64,000 nucleotides of DNA from Ignavibacteriota bacterium (GTDB lineage Bacteria > Bacteroidota > Ignavibacteria > UBA10030 > UBA6906): positions 783,005 through 847,004 of the forward strand of contig CAWIOS010000012.1 of NCBI GenBank assembly GCA_963837815.1, in the 5' to 3' direction. Positions 10,815 to 19,423 of this stretch are shown here, piece by piece. The stretch's first letter is position 1, and every line of letters starts with the position of its first letter. The position numbers and the translations under genes were made by a program. The notes beneath the pieces were generated by a model. That model searched no databases, was not told where the DNA came from, and saw only the letters and a list, made by a program, of their open reading frames with translations.

Positions 10815-11125
10815 TGTCCACCCCCCGCTGTGCGATCAATGGGTTTGTCGACCCAATGGATGCAGACACTGCGGCCAAGGGGAGAGCAGGAAGGTACAGA
10901 GAGAATCTCCGCAAATATCGAACGGGATCGGTGCGTGAAGACGCGGGAGAAGACGGAAGGAGGGATCCAGGGGCAGATTCAGCTTCTTCTGCACACACTC
11001 CCGGTTCGGATGGAGTGACGCAGTGTCAGCATAGGAAAGAACCTGGCCACTTTATGTTTCAACCTACACTTAATCCCCGCCAAAGTCAAGGCGCCGGTTG
11101 CGCCCGCACACCGGCACCGGAAGGC

Positions 11126-12301
11126 TCAATACCTCGGCATGTCGTTGTCGATGAGCTCAGCCCACGCGTCGATGCCGCCGACGAGGTTCTTCACCTTGCG
11201 GAACCCGAGCTGTTTAAGGAATTGAACGGCCTTCCCGCTCCGCACGCCGCTGTGACAGTAGACGACGATATCCTGTGACGAATCGAGCTCGTGAACACGC
11301 CGGGGAAGATCGTTCAGCGGGATCAGGTGACCGCCGAGATTCGCGATCTGGTATTCCTGGGGCTCGCGAACATCAAGAAGAAACAGATTCTCGCCACGAT
11401 CCAGTTTCTCCCTGACACCGGTGACAGTTATCGCGTATTCCCCGGACTCCGCTTCCGATTCTCGGGGGGTGATCCCGCAGAACGCCTCGTAATCGATAAG
11501 TTCCGTTATCGAGGGGTGCTCGCCGCACACCGGGCACTCCGGGTTCCGCCTCAATTTGAGCTCACGCGTCTTCATCGTGAGCGCGTCGATGAGAAGAAGT
11601 CTCCCCACGAGGGGTTCCCCGATTCCCAGTATGAGCTTGACCGTCTCAGCCGCCTGTATCGTCCCGACGATCCCCGGAAGAACTCCCAGCACTCCCCCCT
11701 CTGCGCAGCTCGGAACGAGCCCGGGAGGAGGAGGATCGGCATACAGACACCGGTAGCACGGACCGCCGGGAGCGGAAAACACGGAGACCTGCCCCTCGAA
11801 CCGGAAAATGCTCCCGTACACGTTCGGCTTCCGGAGGAGGACGCAGGCGTCATTGACAAGATACCGCGTCGGAAAGTTGTCAGTCCCGTCCGCGACGACA
11901 TCGTAGGCGCCAAGGATTCCCAGGGCGTTCCCCGACGTCAGGCGCGTGCCGAACAGCTCCACCTCCACGTGCGGGTTGAGGGAGTGAATTCTGTCCTTCG
12001 CGGAGTCCAGTTTCGGCCTGCCGACGTACGGTGTGGAATGAAGAACCTGGCGCTGGAGGTTCGATTCATCGACGACGTCGAAATCGACGATCCCGATTCT
12101 TCCGATTCCCGCCGCCGCGAGATAGAGCGCAAGGGGGGACCCGAGCCCTCCCGCACCGACGAGAAGAACGCTCGCGGATTTCAGCTTCACCTGCCCCTCA
12201 AGCCCCACCTCGGGAAGCATGAGGTGGCGCCCGTACCGCCGGATCTCTTCATGTGAGAGCCGGACGTCCGTCCGCACTCCCCTTCCGCCTGTTTCTCTCA
12301 T
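11126..12301 (-). CDS. moeZ: Sulfur-carrier-protein adenylyltransferase/sulfurtransferase MoeZ (ThiF/MoeB E1-like domain plus C-terminal rhodanese domain)
   Basis: Start MRETGGRGV at 12301 (GGAAGGAG RBS). ThiF/MoeB nucleotide-binding motif LLVGAGGLGSPLALYLAAAGIGRIGIVDFDVVDESNLQRQ; CxxC...CPVC zinc motifs; rhodanese active-site loop YCHSGVRSG. Directly downstream of cysO. Confidence 0.85.
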   Translation of the reverse strand: MRETGGRGVRTDVRLSHEEIRRYGRHLMLPEVGLEGQVKLKSASVLLVGAGGLGSPLALYLAAAGIGRIGIVDFDVVDESNLQRQVLHSTPYVGRPKLDSAKDRIHSLNPHVEVELFGTRLTSGNALGILGAYDVVADGTDNFPTRYLVNDACVLLRKPNVYGSIFRFEGQVSVFSAPGGPCYRCLYADPPPPGLVPSCAEGGVLGVLPGIVGTIQAAETVKLILGIGEPLVGRLLLIDALTMKTRELKLRRNPECPVCGEHPSITELIDYEAFCGITPRESEAESGEYAITVTGVREKLDRGENLFLLDVREPQEYQIANLGGHLIPLNDLPRRVHELDSSQDIVVYCHSGVRSGKAVQFLKQLGFRKVKNLVGGIDAWAELIDNDMPRY

Positions 12302-12302
12302 C

Positions 12303-12587
12303 TCAGAGGCTCCTTCCGCCTGCAATCGATGGAATGATGCTCACCGTGTCCTTTTCCGAGACCCGCGTCTGCTCCTTCTGCAGATAGCGGATATCCTCGT
12401 CGTTGACATACACGTTGACGAAGTTTCGCAGGGACCCCGTGTCGTCATAGAGGTGCCTCTTCAGAGGAGCGTACGTCGCCGTGAGTTTCCGCAGCAGCTC
12501 CCCGACGGTGCTCCCCTCCAGCGTCACGCTCTCCAGCTTTCCGGTGTACGTCCTGAGCGGCGTGGGAATCAAAACCTTTGTCGCCAT
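12303..12587 (-). CDS. cysO: MoaD/ThiS-family sulfur carrier protein CysO with C-terminal extension after the Gly-Gly motif (…IAGG-RSL)
   Basis: True start MATKVLIPTPLRTYTGKLESVTLEGSTVGELLRKL at 12587 (GGAGAAG RBS). 94 aa with ubiquitin-like beta-grasp pattern; ends …IIPSIAGGRSL. Flanked by the JAMM protease and MoeZ genes. Confidence 0.75.
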   Translation of the reverse strand: MATKVLIPTPLRTYTGKLESVTLEGSTVGELLRKLTATYAPLKRHLYDDTGSLRNFVNVYVNDEDIRYLQKEQTRVSEKDTVSIIPSIAGGRSL

Positions 12588-12609
12588 CGCTGTCTTCTCC
12601 CTGGAATAG

Positions 12610-13101
12610 TCACACTGTTTTTGAAATCGCGGCACCCGCCCGTTCGCGCACGGGCCGCACGGAGACGGTTTCGAGCGTATCGATGATCTCTTCATCGAAA
12701 CCCGACCGGTCCTCTTTCAGGACCCACGACTTTACCGCGGCGGGAATCCTCTGCTCGACTGCGGCGATGACATAGGAGCACCAGGGCCACGCATGATCGA
12801 GATCAAACTGCGACGGCCGGGCCGGATGATCGGGATGGGTGTGATAGAAGCCCATGACGCCGAGCCCTTCGGCCTCCGCGGCCGCCTCCGCCCTCCTGTA
12901 CTCTTCCGGCGTGATAAGGAACCGGCGCGTCCGGTTCTCTTCCTTCGCATTGCCGATGCGGAGGACGTCGTAGACCTCCTTCCCCTCCGCTTCCTCCAAC
13001 CCGATGAGAATGCCGCAACACTCCTCGGGGTACGATTCCATCGCGTGGACCTTTATCTTGTGCATCGCCGCGTGGGTTATCGCGATTTTCAATGCTGCCA
13101 T
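12610..13101 (-). CDS. mec: JAMM/MPN+ metalloprotease (Mec+-like CysO-cysteine hydrolase / C-terminal processing peptidase)
   Basis: Start MAALKIAITHAAMH at 13101 (GGGAGGA RBS). JAMM motif E(x)nHTHPDHPARPSQFD (H-x-H-x7-S-x2-D) plus upstream EECCG. Gene order cysM-mec-cysO-moeZ. Confidence 0.8.
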   Translation of the reverse strand: MAALKIAITHAAMHKIKVHAMESYPEECCGILIGLEEAEGKEVYDVLRIGNAKEENRTRRFLITPEEYRRAEAAAEAEGLGVMGFYHTHPDHPARPSQFDLDHAWPWCSYVIAAVEQRIPAAVKSWVLKEDRSGFDEEIIDTLETVSVRPVRERAGAAISKTV

Positions 13102-13105
13102 AGGA

Positions 13106-14035
13106 TCATTCCTCCCAGAACCGTTCACTCAGGTACCGGCTCCCGTGGTCGGGAAACACAGTCACGACGACCCCTTCGCTCAGTCTCCGGGCGACATGAA
13201 GGGCGGCGACCGCGGAGGCCGCGGAAGAGACTCCCACCAGAATCCCCGCCGTTTTCGCAAGGTGCCGCGCCATATCATGCGCCTCATCGGTTGAAATTTC
13301 AAGATGCTCGTCGGCAAGCTTCGTGTCGTAGATTCCGGGGACGATCGCCGTCTGGAGATGCTTCAGCCCCTCAAGACCGTGAAGGGGCGTATCGGGTTGA
13401 AAGGATATGCAGCGGACCGACGGGTTCAGCTCCTTCAAACGGCGGGCGGTTCCGACGAACGTGCCCGACGTCCCTATACCCGCCACGAAGTGGGTGACCC
13501 TTTCTCCCGCCTGGCCGTATATCTCGAGAGCTGTCGTCCTGTAGTGGGCCTGCCAGTTGGCCGGATTGTTGTACTGATCCGGATAGAAATATTCTTCCGG
13601 ACGCTCTGCAACAAGCTTTTTCACGTAGAGCTGCGCCCCGTCGGTCCCCTCCAGGGGATCGGTGTACGTGACCTCAGCCCCGTAAGCGGAGAGGATTCGT
13701 TTCCGCTCGGAGCCGGCATTGGCCGGCACGGCAAGCCTGACGCGGTATCCCAGGGCGGCGCCGATCATCGCATAGGCGATGCCGGTGTTGCCGCTCGTTG
13801 CATCCACTATCGTCTTTCCTTTCGTGAGCGCACCGGTCTTTTCCCCTTCCCGTATCATACTGAGCGCGGCCCTGTCCTTGACGGAACCGCCGGGATTGCA
13901 CCATTCCGCCTTGGCAACCACCTCCACGCGGGGGGAAATCCCCGGAAACGCCGGAAGTCTCAGGAGGGGCGTATTGCCGATCCTATCAATCAGGGGAGGC
14001 GCCCCTGCCGTCAGGTATGTCAAAGAATCTATCAT
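13106..14035 (-). CDS. cysM: PLP-dependent cysteine synthase, CysM-type (O-phosphoserine/CysO-thiocarboxylate dependent)
   Basis: ORF 13106..14071; probable start MIDSLTYL…IDRIGNTPLLRL at 14035. PLP-binding Lys motif SVKDRAAL, glycine-rich GNTGIAYA loop; fold-type II PLP enzyme of the CysK/CysM family. Operon context with CysO/Mec/MoeZ. Confidence 0.85.
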   Translation of the reverse strand: MIDSLTYLTAGAPPLIDRIGNTPLLRLPAFPGISPRVEVVAKAEWCNPGGSVKDRAALSMIREGEKTGALTKGKTIVDATSGNTGIAYAMIGAALGYRVRLAVPANAGSERKRILSAYGAEVTYTDPLEGTDGAQLYVKKLVAERPEEYFYPDQYNNPANWQAHYRTTALEIYGQAGERVTHFVAGIGTSGTFVGTARRLKELNPSVRCISFQPDTPLHGLEGLKHLQTAIVPGIYDTKLADEHLEISTDEAHDMARHLAKTAGILVGVSSAASAVAALHVARRLSEGVVVTVFPDHGSRYLSERFWEE

Positions 14036-14280
14036 TCGAAAAACTGTATATTCAATGAACAACGGAATCACACAGTGCGTTTCGTTTCAGCGGGAAGCAG
14101 GGCGTGTTACGTCAACAGGGGCGACAACAACAGCAGCACGGGAGTGGGGAACATGCGGGGCGACTGGCTCCGGCCGGTGCCGGGAAGGCCGCGTATGTGA
14201 ACCTTGTTCTCATTCAGTAATTAAGCGAAAAAGGGGGAATTGTCAAATCTGAATCCGTCCATTCACAGGGGGAACACAGA

Positions 14281-14973
14281 ATGGGCTTCACCGGTTCCAG
14301 GAAATCGCCCCAAAAGAGGAAGGGAAACGGGGCAGGGGGAGAAGCAACCGGAGCCGGCATCGAAGCGCTCATTATTTTCGCCACGCTCCCCAAACCGGGA
14401 GACGTGAAAAAGAGGCTCGCACGCGAGATCGGAGGGGAGCCTGCAGCCGCACTGTACAACGATCTCGCTCTTCATACGTTCCGGATCGGGCAGGAAGCGC
14501 TCGACAGGGGCTGGTCGGTGAACCTGTTTTATGATTCGAGGGTAAAAGAGGAAGAGGTCCGGGCGTGGGTCGGGAGAGGTTTTCACTTCGCGGCGGAGCG
14601 CGGAGGCGAGCCGGGAGAACGGATCCAGTATGCATTTGACTACACGTTTCACCGCCGCGCGGGGAAGGCGATCATCATCAGCAGCGACATACCGGGACTC
14701 GAATTCCCGCTCCTGGAGGAGGCCACAGAGACGCTTGACATCGTCGACGTCGTGATCGGACCGGCGAGCGACGGCGGGTGCTACCTCATCGGCATGAAAC
14801 CGCCCACGAAAGGCATTTTCCGGGACCTCCCGTGGGGGACATCGAACGTGTTCAGGGAAGCGTCAGAGAGGATTCACCGGCTCGGGCTGAAACAATCGAA
14901 TCTCACAAGGCTCAGCGACGTCGACACGGCGGAGTCGTACAGGAGCTATCTTCTGAAGAAGATGAAGAGATAG
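14281..14973 (+). CDS. DUF2064-family protein (glycosyltransferase-like/nucleotidyltransferase fold, TIGR04282-like)
   Basis: 230 aa; GGGGGAA RBS; motifs ALIIFATLPKPGDVKKRL and DGGCYLIGM recalled for DUF2064. Divergent from cysM. Confidence 0.55.
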   Translation: MGFTGSRKSPQKRKGNGAGGEATGAGIEALIIFATLPKPGDVKKRLAREIGGEPAAALYNDLALHTFRIGQEALDRGWSVNLFYDSRVKEEEVRAWVGRGFHFAAERGGEPGERIQYAFDYTFHRRAGKAIIISSDIPGLEFPLLEEATETLDIVDVVIGPASDGGCYLIGMKPPTKGIFRDLPWGTSNVFREASERIHRLGLKQSNLTRLSDVDTAESYRSYLLKKMKR

Positions 14974-15006
14974 AAGGCCCGGCATTGCCGAATGCAGGAC
15001 GGATTT

Positions 15007-17844
15007 TCATGAACCCGCTTTCGCCGTCGTGCATCTGTCGACGAGATAGACTATCGACTTGTAGCTCACGCCGCTGTGAAGCGAGAGCCCGATTTCACAC
15101 GTCCTGCTCGTCGAAAAGCCTTCCGCGCAGTCCCCGGGGATGCCCTCACGGAGAGCCGCAAGCGCGGATGCGTTCAATGCGGGGAACGTGAATCCACGAT
15201 CACCCGCCCATCCGCAGCAGCCGACGCCCTCAGGAACGACAACCCGCTCGGCGCACAATCCGGCAAGCTTCATGAAACTTGCCGAGAGACCCATCTTTTC
15301 CGCACTGCACGTGGTATGGATGGCCACGGTGACCGGCAGCTTACTGAACTCGAGCGTTTCCGGCAGGTACTTCAGGATGAATTCCACGGGCTCATACAGA
15401 CGAAGACGACTGTCGAGCGTCTCCTTCATCCGGTACAGGCAGGGGCTCATATCCACGTAGACGGGAAATTCGCCGTTGCGTGACGCGTCAAGGAGCGCCC
15501 GGTTAAGTTCGGCGGCCTTCATGGCCCCTTCCTCCCTGAATCCCTTGCTGTCAAAGGCCATTCCGCAGCAGAGACGGGAAAGATCCCGCGGGAACACGAC
15601 CTGATAGCCCGCCTTTTCCAGGAGCCCGACCGTCTTCTGCGTCAGCGCGGCTTCGTGAGCGTAATCGCGCGATCTCCCCATCGTCCGGTTTATGCAGCTC
15701 GGAAAATAGACGACCTTCCGCCGGAGTCCGGTTCCGGCACCGCGCACCCGCGGTATTCGGCCGGCACCGCGGGGCATGTATTCGTTCCAGAGGGGGATTC
15801 TGCCGCCCGAGAGGTTCCGTAACGCCCGCGCGGCGGCTCGCGTGTACGCCGTGCCGAACAGTGTGTGGCACACGCCGACAACCGACAACAGCGCACGCAT
15901 GAACAGGATAACAGCAGGGAAGTGCCGTGCGATCCGGCGCGCAACGGCACGGGGGAAGGGACCCGCATCCCGCCACCGGATTTCCTTTACCAGTTTTCCC
16001 GTGTCAATCCCGACGGGACATGCCATCGCGCAGAGACCGTCTGCAGCGCAGGTTTCAACGCCCGCGTAGAGGTACCCCGCGCGGAGCGCAGCGAGCCGGC
16101 CAGGGTTCTTCCCGGCCGCCTTGAGAAGCGACATCTCCCTGTACACCGCGATCCTTTGCCGCGGCGTGAGCGTAAGGTCCTTTGAGGGGCACCGGACTTC
16201 GCAGAAGCCGCATTCGATGCACCGGTCGATTATTGCGTGGGCTGCGGGGAGGGGTTTGAGATTCCGGATGTGAGCCAGGGGATCGTCGTTTATCACCACG
16301 CCGGGATTGAGGAGACCTTCCGGGTCGAATACCGACTTGATCTCCTTCATCAGGGCGTATGCTTCTGCGCCCCATTCGCGCTCGACGAACGGCGCCATGT
16401 TCCTCCCGGTGCCGTGTTCCGCCTTGAGCGAGCCGCCGTACTTCTGAACAACGAGCCGGGTCACGTCATCGATGAACTCCGCGTAGCGATCGACGCCCGA
16501 GGTTTCATTGAAGTCCTGGCTGAACACAAAATGGAGGTTCCCTTCAAGCGCATGGCCGAAGAGTATCGCATCGGCGTAGCCGTGCTTCACGAAGAGCTTC
16601 CTGAGATCCGCCGATGCCGCAGCCAGACCCGGGACGGGAAACGCGACATCCTCGATGATGACCGTCGTGCCGGTCCTCCGCATCGCCCCGATGGACGGGA
16701 AGAGTCCTTTGCGGATGTTCCAGAGGGTTTCATATTCGGCCTGGACGTCCGTGAAACGGAGCGGACGCACAAGCGGGCGACACTCCAGGGCGCGGGAGAT
16801 CTCCACAATGCTGCCTGCCAGGCCGGAAGGATCGCCCGAACGTGCCTCGACGAGAAGCGCGCAGACGTTTTCGTCAAGTCCCGGGAGATACTCCGGCATC
16901 CCCTCCTTCCCTTCCACGGAGCGGAGCGATGACCTGTCCATCAGCTCCACGGCGTCCGCTCCGCATGATCGCAGCGCCGGCACGGCGGCACACGCCGCAG
17001 CGATATCGGGGAAAAGGACGAGCGCGCTGGCTTTACAGGGAAGATCGGGGACGGTCCTATACGTCAGTTCCGCAATGAATCCGAGCGTCCCCTCCGAGCC
17101 AACCATCAGATGCTGTATGACGTCGACGGGATCATCAAAATCCACAAGGGCATTGAGGCTGTAGCCCGTCGTGTTCTTCATCCTGTATTTGTCGCGGATT
17201 CTGGAGGCAAGGGCGGGGTTGGATTTTATGCGGCGGGAGATTTCCGAGATCCGGCCGACAAGATCCGCGTGCCCGGCAGTGAACTCCTCCCTGCTTTTCC
17301 TGTCACCCGTGTCCAGGACGGATCCGTCGCCGAATATGATCCTCATGGACGCGAGGGTCCGGTAACTGTTCTGCGCGGTCCCGCAGCACATCCCGCTGGC
17401 GTTGTTCGCGGCAATCCCCCCGATCATTGCCGAATTGATCGAGGCGGGGTCGGGGCCGATCTTCCTCCCGTACGGGGCGAGAGCGGCGTTCGCGTGCGCG
17501 CCCACCACACCAGGCTGAAGCGTGATGCGGGAGCCGTCTTCCTGGATCGTGATCCGTGTCCAGGCACCGGCAAGGACGACCAGAATTGAATCGGAGACCG
17601 ACTGCCCGGAGAGACTTGTGCCTGCCGCGCGGAATGTCACGGGGAGCGAGAACCTCCGCGCTCCGGCGAGAACGCGGATGATCTCCGCCTCCGACTCGAC
17701 CCTGACGACGAGTTTCGGAATGAGCCTGTAGAAGCTGGCATCGGTGCCCCAGGCGAGCGTGCTCAGGTCATCGACGAGGAGCCGTGACGGGGGGAATGTA
17801 CTCTGCAGCGCTGAATGGATTTCGGCGTACCTGCCCGAAAGCAT
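15007..17844 (-). CDS. FAD-linked oxidase fused to Fe-S/CCG domain (D-lactate/D-2-hydroxyacid dehydrogenase, YdiJ/GlcD-GlcF-like)
   Basis: 945 aa. N-terminal FAD-binding PCMH-type domain (RAAGTSLSGQ); 4Fe-4S ferredoxin motif CIECGFCEVRCPS; C-terminal cysteine-rich CCG-type domains (GCCG). tatA lies immediately upstream on the same strand. Confidence 0.85.
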   Translation of the reverse strand: MLSGRYAEIHSALQSTFPPSRLLVDDLSTLAWGTDASFYRLIPKLVVRVESEAEIIRVLAGARRFSLPVTFRAAGTSLSGQSVSDSILVVLAGAWTRITIQEDGSRITLQPGVVGAHANAALAPYGRKIGPDPASINSAMIGGIAANNASGMCCGTAQNSYRTLASMRIIFGDGSVLDTGDRKSREEFTAGHADLVGRISEISRRIKSNPALASRIRDKYRMKNTTGYSLNALVDFDDPVDVIQHLMVGSEGTLGFIAELTYRTVPDLPCKASALVLFPDIAAACAAVPALRSCGADAVELMDRSSLRSVEGKEGMPEYLPGLDENVCALLVEARSGDPSGLAGSIVEISRALECRPLVRPLRFTDVQAEYETLWNIRKGLFPSIGAMRRTGTTVIIEDVAFPVPGLAAASADLRKLFVKHGYADAILFGHALEGNLHFVFSQDFNETSGVDRYAEFIDDVTRLVVQKYGGSLKAEHGTGRNMAPFVEREWGAEAYALMKEIKSVFDPEGLLNPGVVINDDPLAHIRNLKPLPAAHAIIDRCIECGFCEVRCPSKDLTLTPRQRIAVYREMSLLKAAGKNPGRLAALRAGYLYAGVETCAADGLCAMACPVGIDTGKLVKEIRWRDAGPFPRAVARRIARHFPAVILFMRALLSVVGVCHTLFGTAYTRAAARALRNLSGGRIPLWNEYMPRGAGRIPRVRGAGTGLRRKVVYFPSCINRTMGRSRDYAHEAALTQKTVGLLEKAGYQVVFPRDLSRLCCGMAFDSKGFREEGAMKAAELNRALLDASRNGEFPVYVDMSPCLYRMKETLDSRLRLYEPVEFILKYLPETLEFSKLPVTVAIHTTCSAEKMGLSASFMKLAGLCAERVVVPEGVGCCGWAGDRGFTFPALNASALAALREGIPGDCAEGFSTSRTCEIGLSLHSGVSYKSIVYLVDRCTTAKAGS

Positions 17845-17872
17845 GATGCACGGTGGGGGACGACTTGTGAGC

Positions 17873-18085
17873 TTACTTGCTTTCCGGCGGCTGGGGAGGG
17901 GGAGGCGGCGGAGGGTCCTTCATGGATTTCTCAACGCCGTCCTGAATATCCCTCATCGCGTTCTTGAATTCGCGGATCCCCTTGCCAAGATTCTTGCCGA
18001 GCTCGGGCATCTTCTTCGGACCGAAGAAAATCAGAATCACAAATAGGATGACAAGTAGCTCTCCGCCGCCGACGTTTTCGAACAT
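17873..18085 (-). CDS. tatA: Twin-arginine translocase subunit TatA/E with Pro-rich C-terminal tail
   Basis: Start MFENVGGGELLVILFVILIFFGPKKMPELGKNLGKGIREFK at 18085 (GGAGGGA RBS); classic TatA TM and amphipathic helix; tail …DPPPPPPPQPPESK. Confidence 0.8.
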   Translation of the reverse strand: MFENVGGGELLVILFVILIFFGPKKMPELGKNLGKGIREFKNAMRDIQDGVEKSMKDPPPPPPPQPPESK

Positions 18086-18171
18086 GTCCTTCCCTCCGTT
18101 TGCAGTATTAGACAAATATATTGCAGTTTCGGTTTATTTGCAAGAAATTGGAAAAAAGACCGGGATTGCCG

Positions 18172-19407
18172 ATGAAAAGAGTGCTGACACTTCTCTGTGC
18201 GATGACCGTCGCAAGCGCGACGTTTGCCCGCCCCCCACAGGTGATCACGGGAATCGAAGTCCTTCGCGAAGAGCATTTTGCCCCCCTGAAGGGGAAGAGG
18301 GTGGGACTCATCACGAACCCGACGGGGGTCGATTCGCGTCTCCGATCAACAATTGACATCCTCGCATCCGCCCCCGGGGTAACGCTCGCAGCCCTCTTCG
18401 GGCCCGAACATGGCGTGCGGGGGGATCACGCGGCGGGGGACCGGGTGGATTCAGACACCGACAGGGTAACGGGACTCCCCGTCTACTCGCTCTACGGCAG
18501 GACCCGGAAACCGACACCGGAAATGCTGAAAGGGATCGATATACTCGTGTACGACATACAGGATATCGGGTGCAGATCGTACACGTACATCAGCACAATG
18601 GGACTTGCCATGGAAGCGGCCGCCGGGAGCAACATTCCATTCCTCGTGCTTGACCGGCCGGACCCGCTCGGGGGGGTGAGAGTGGAAGGGAACCCCACGG
18701 AGAAGGGCTTCGAGTCGTTCGTAAGCCAGTATCCCGTCCCTTACGTCTACGGGCTCACGTGCGGAGAGCTGGCACAGTATCTCAACGGGGAAGGACTGCT
18801 TGCCGGCGGCGTCCGCTGCGCGCTGACGGTGATCCCGATGAAGGGGTGGAAACGGGGGATGACGTTTTCCGAAACCGGCCTCCCCTGGGTGCCGGCATCC
18901 CCGCATGTTCCGGAGGCCCACTCTCCCGCGTACTACGTCTCTTCGGGCCTCCTGGGGGAACTGGGGGTCATCTCGGAGGGAGTGGGATACACCGTCCCGT
19001 TCCAGGTGTTCGCCGCCGGGTGGATTGACGGGAATGCGCTCGCGAAAAAACTGAACAACCTCAATCTTCCCGGGGTTCTGTTTCGGCCGACAAGCTTCAC
19101 CCCGTTTTACGGCAGGTTCAAGGACGAGGAACTGCACGGGGTGCAGGTGCATATCGCGCCCGGGGCGGGCGCAAGCCTGATGAGCATCCAGTTTCTTATC
19201 ATGCAGGCACACAATGAACTGTATCCGGAGAAGAACCCTTTCGCGCTTGCGGATCCGGCCAGGCTCAAGACGTTCGACAGGGTCGCCGGGAGCGACAGCG
19301 TGAGAATCCTCTTCACGAAACGGATGACGTACGGAGACGTGAAGCCATTTCTCGAAAAAGAGATCGACGGATTCAGGAAGAGAGCAACAAAGTACATGCT
19401 GTACTGA
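18172..19407 (+). CDS. namZ: DUF1343-family exo-beta-N-acetylmuramidase-like protein (NamZ-like)
   Basis: ORF 18121..19407; start MKRVLTLLCAMTVASATFA (signal peptide) at 18172. DUF1343 signature region (GLITNPTGVD…LFGPEHGVRG…YDIQDIGCRSYTYISTM…LVLDRPDPLGG). Confidence 0.7.
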   Translation: MKRVLTLLCAMTVASATFARPPQVITGIEVLREEHFAPLKGKRVGLITNPTGVDSRLRSTIDILASAPGVTLAALFGPEHGVRGDHAAGDRVDSDTDRVTGLPVYSLYGRTRKPTPEMLKGIDILVYDIQDIGCRSYTYISTMGLAMEAAAGSNIPFLVLDRPDPLGGVRVEGNPTEKGFESFVSQYPVPYVYGLTCGELAQYLNGEGLLAGGVRCALTVIPMKGWKRGMTFSETGLPWVPASPHVPEAHSPAYYVSSGLLGELGVISEGVGYTVPFQVFAAGWIDGNALAKKLNNLNLPGVLFRPTSFTPFYGRFKDEELHGVQVHIAPGAGASLMSIQFLIMQAHNELYPEKNPFALADPARLKTFDRVAGSDSVRILFTKRMTYGDVKPFLEKEIDGFRKRATKYMLY

Positions 19408-19423
19408 CAGACGGAGAGCGATC

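Noticed and set aside
10815-11125. 310-bp lower-GC intergenic region with weak hairpin (gccggt…accggc) after moeZ
   Set aside because: Considered as ncRNA or terminator; stem is short with an 11-nt loop and no clear U-tract; insufficient evidence.
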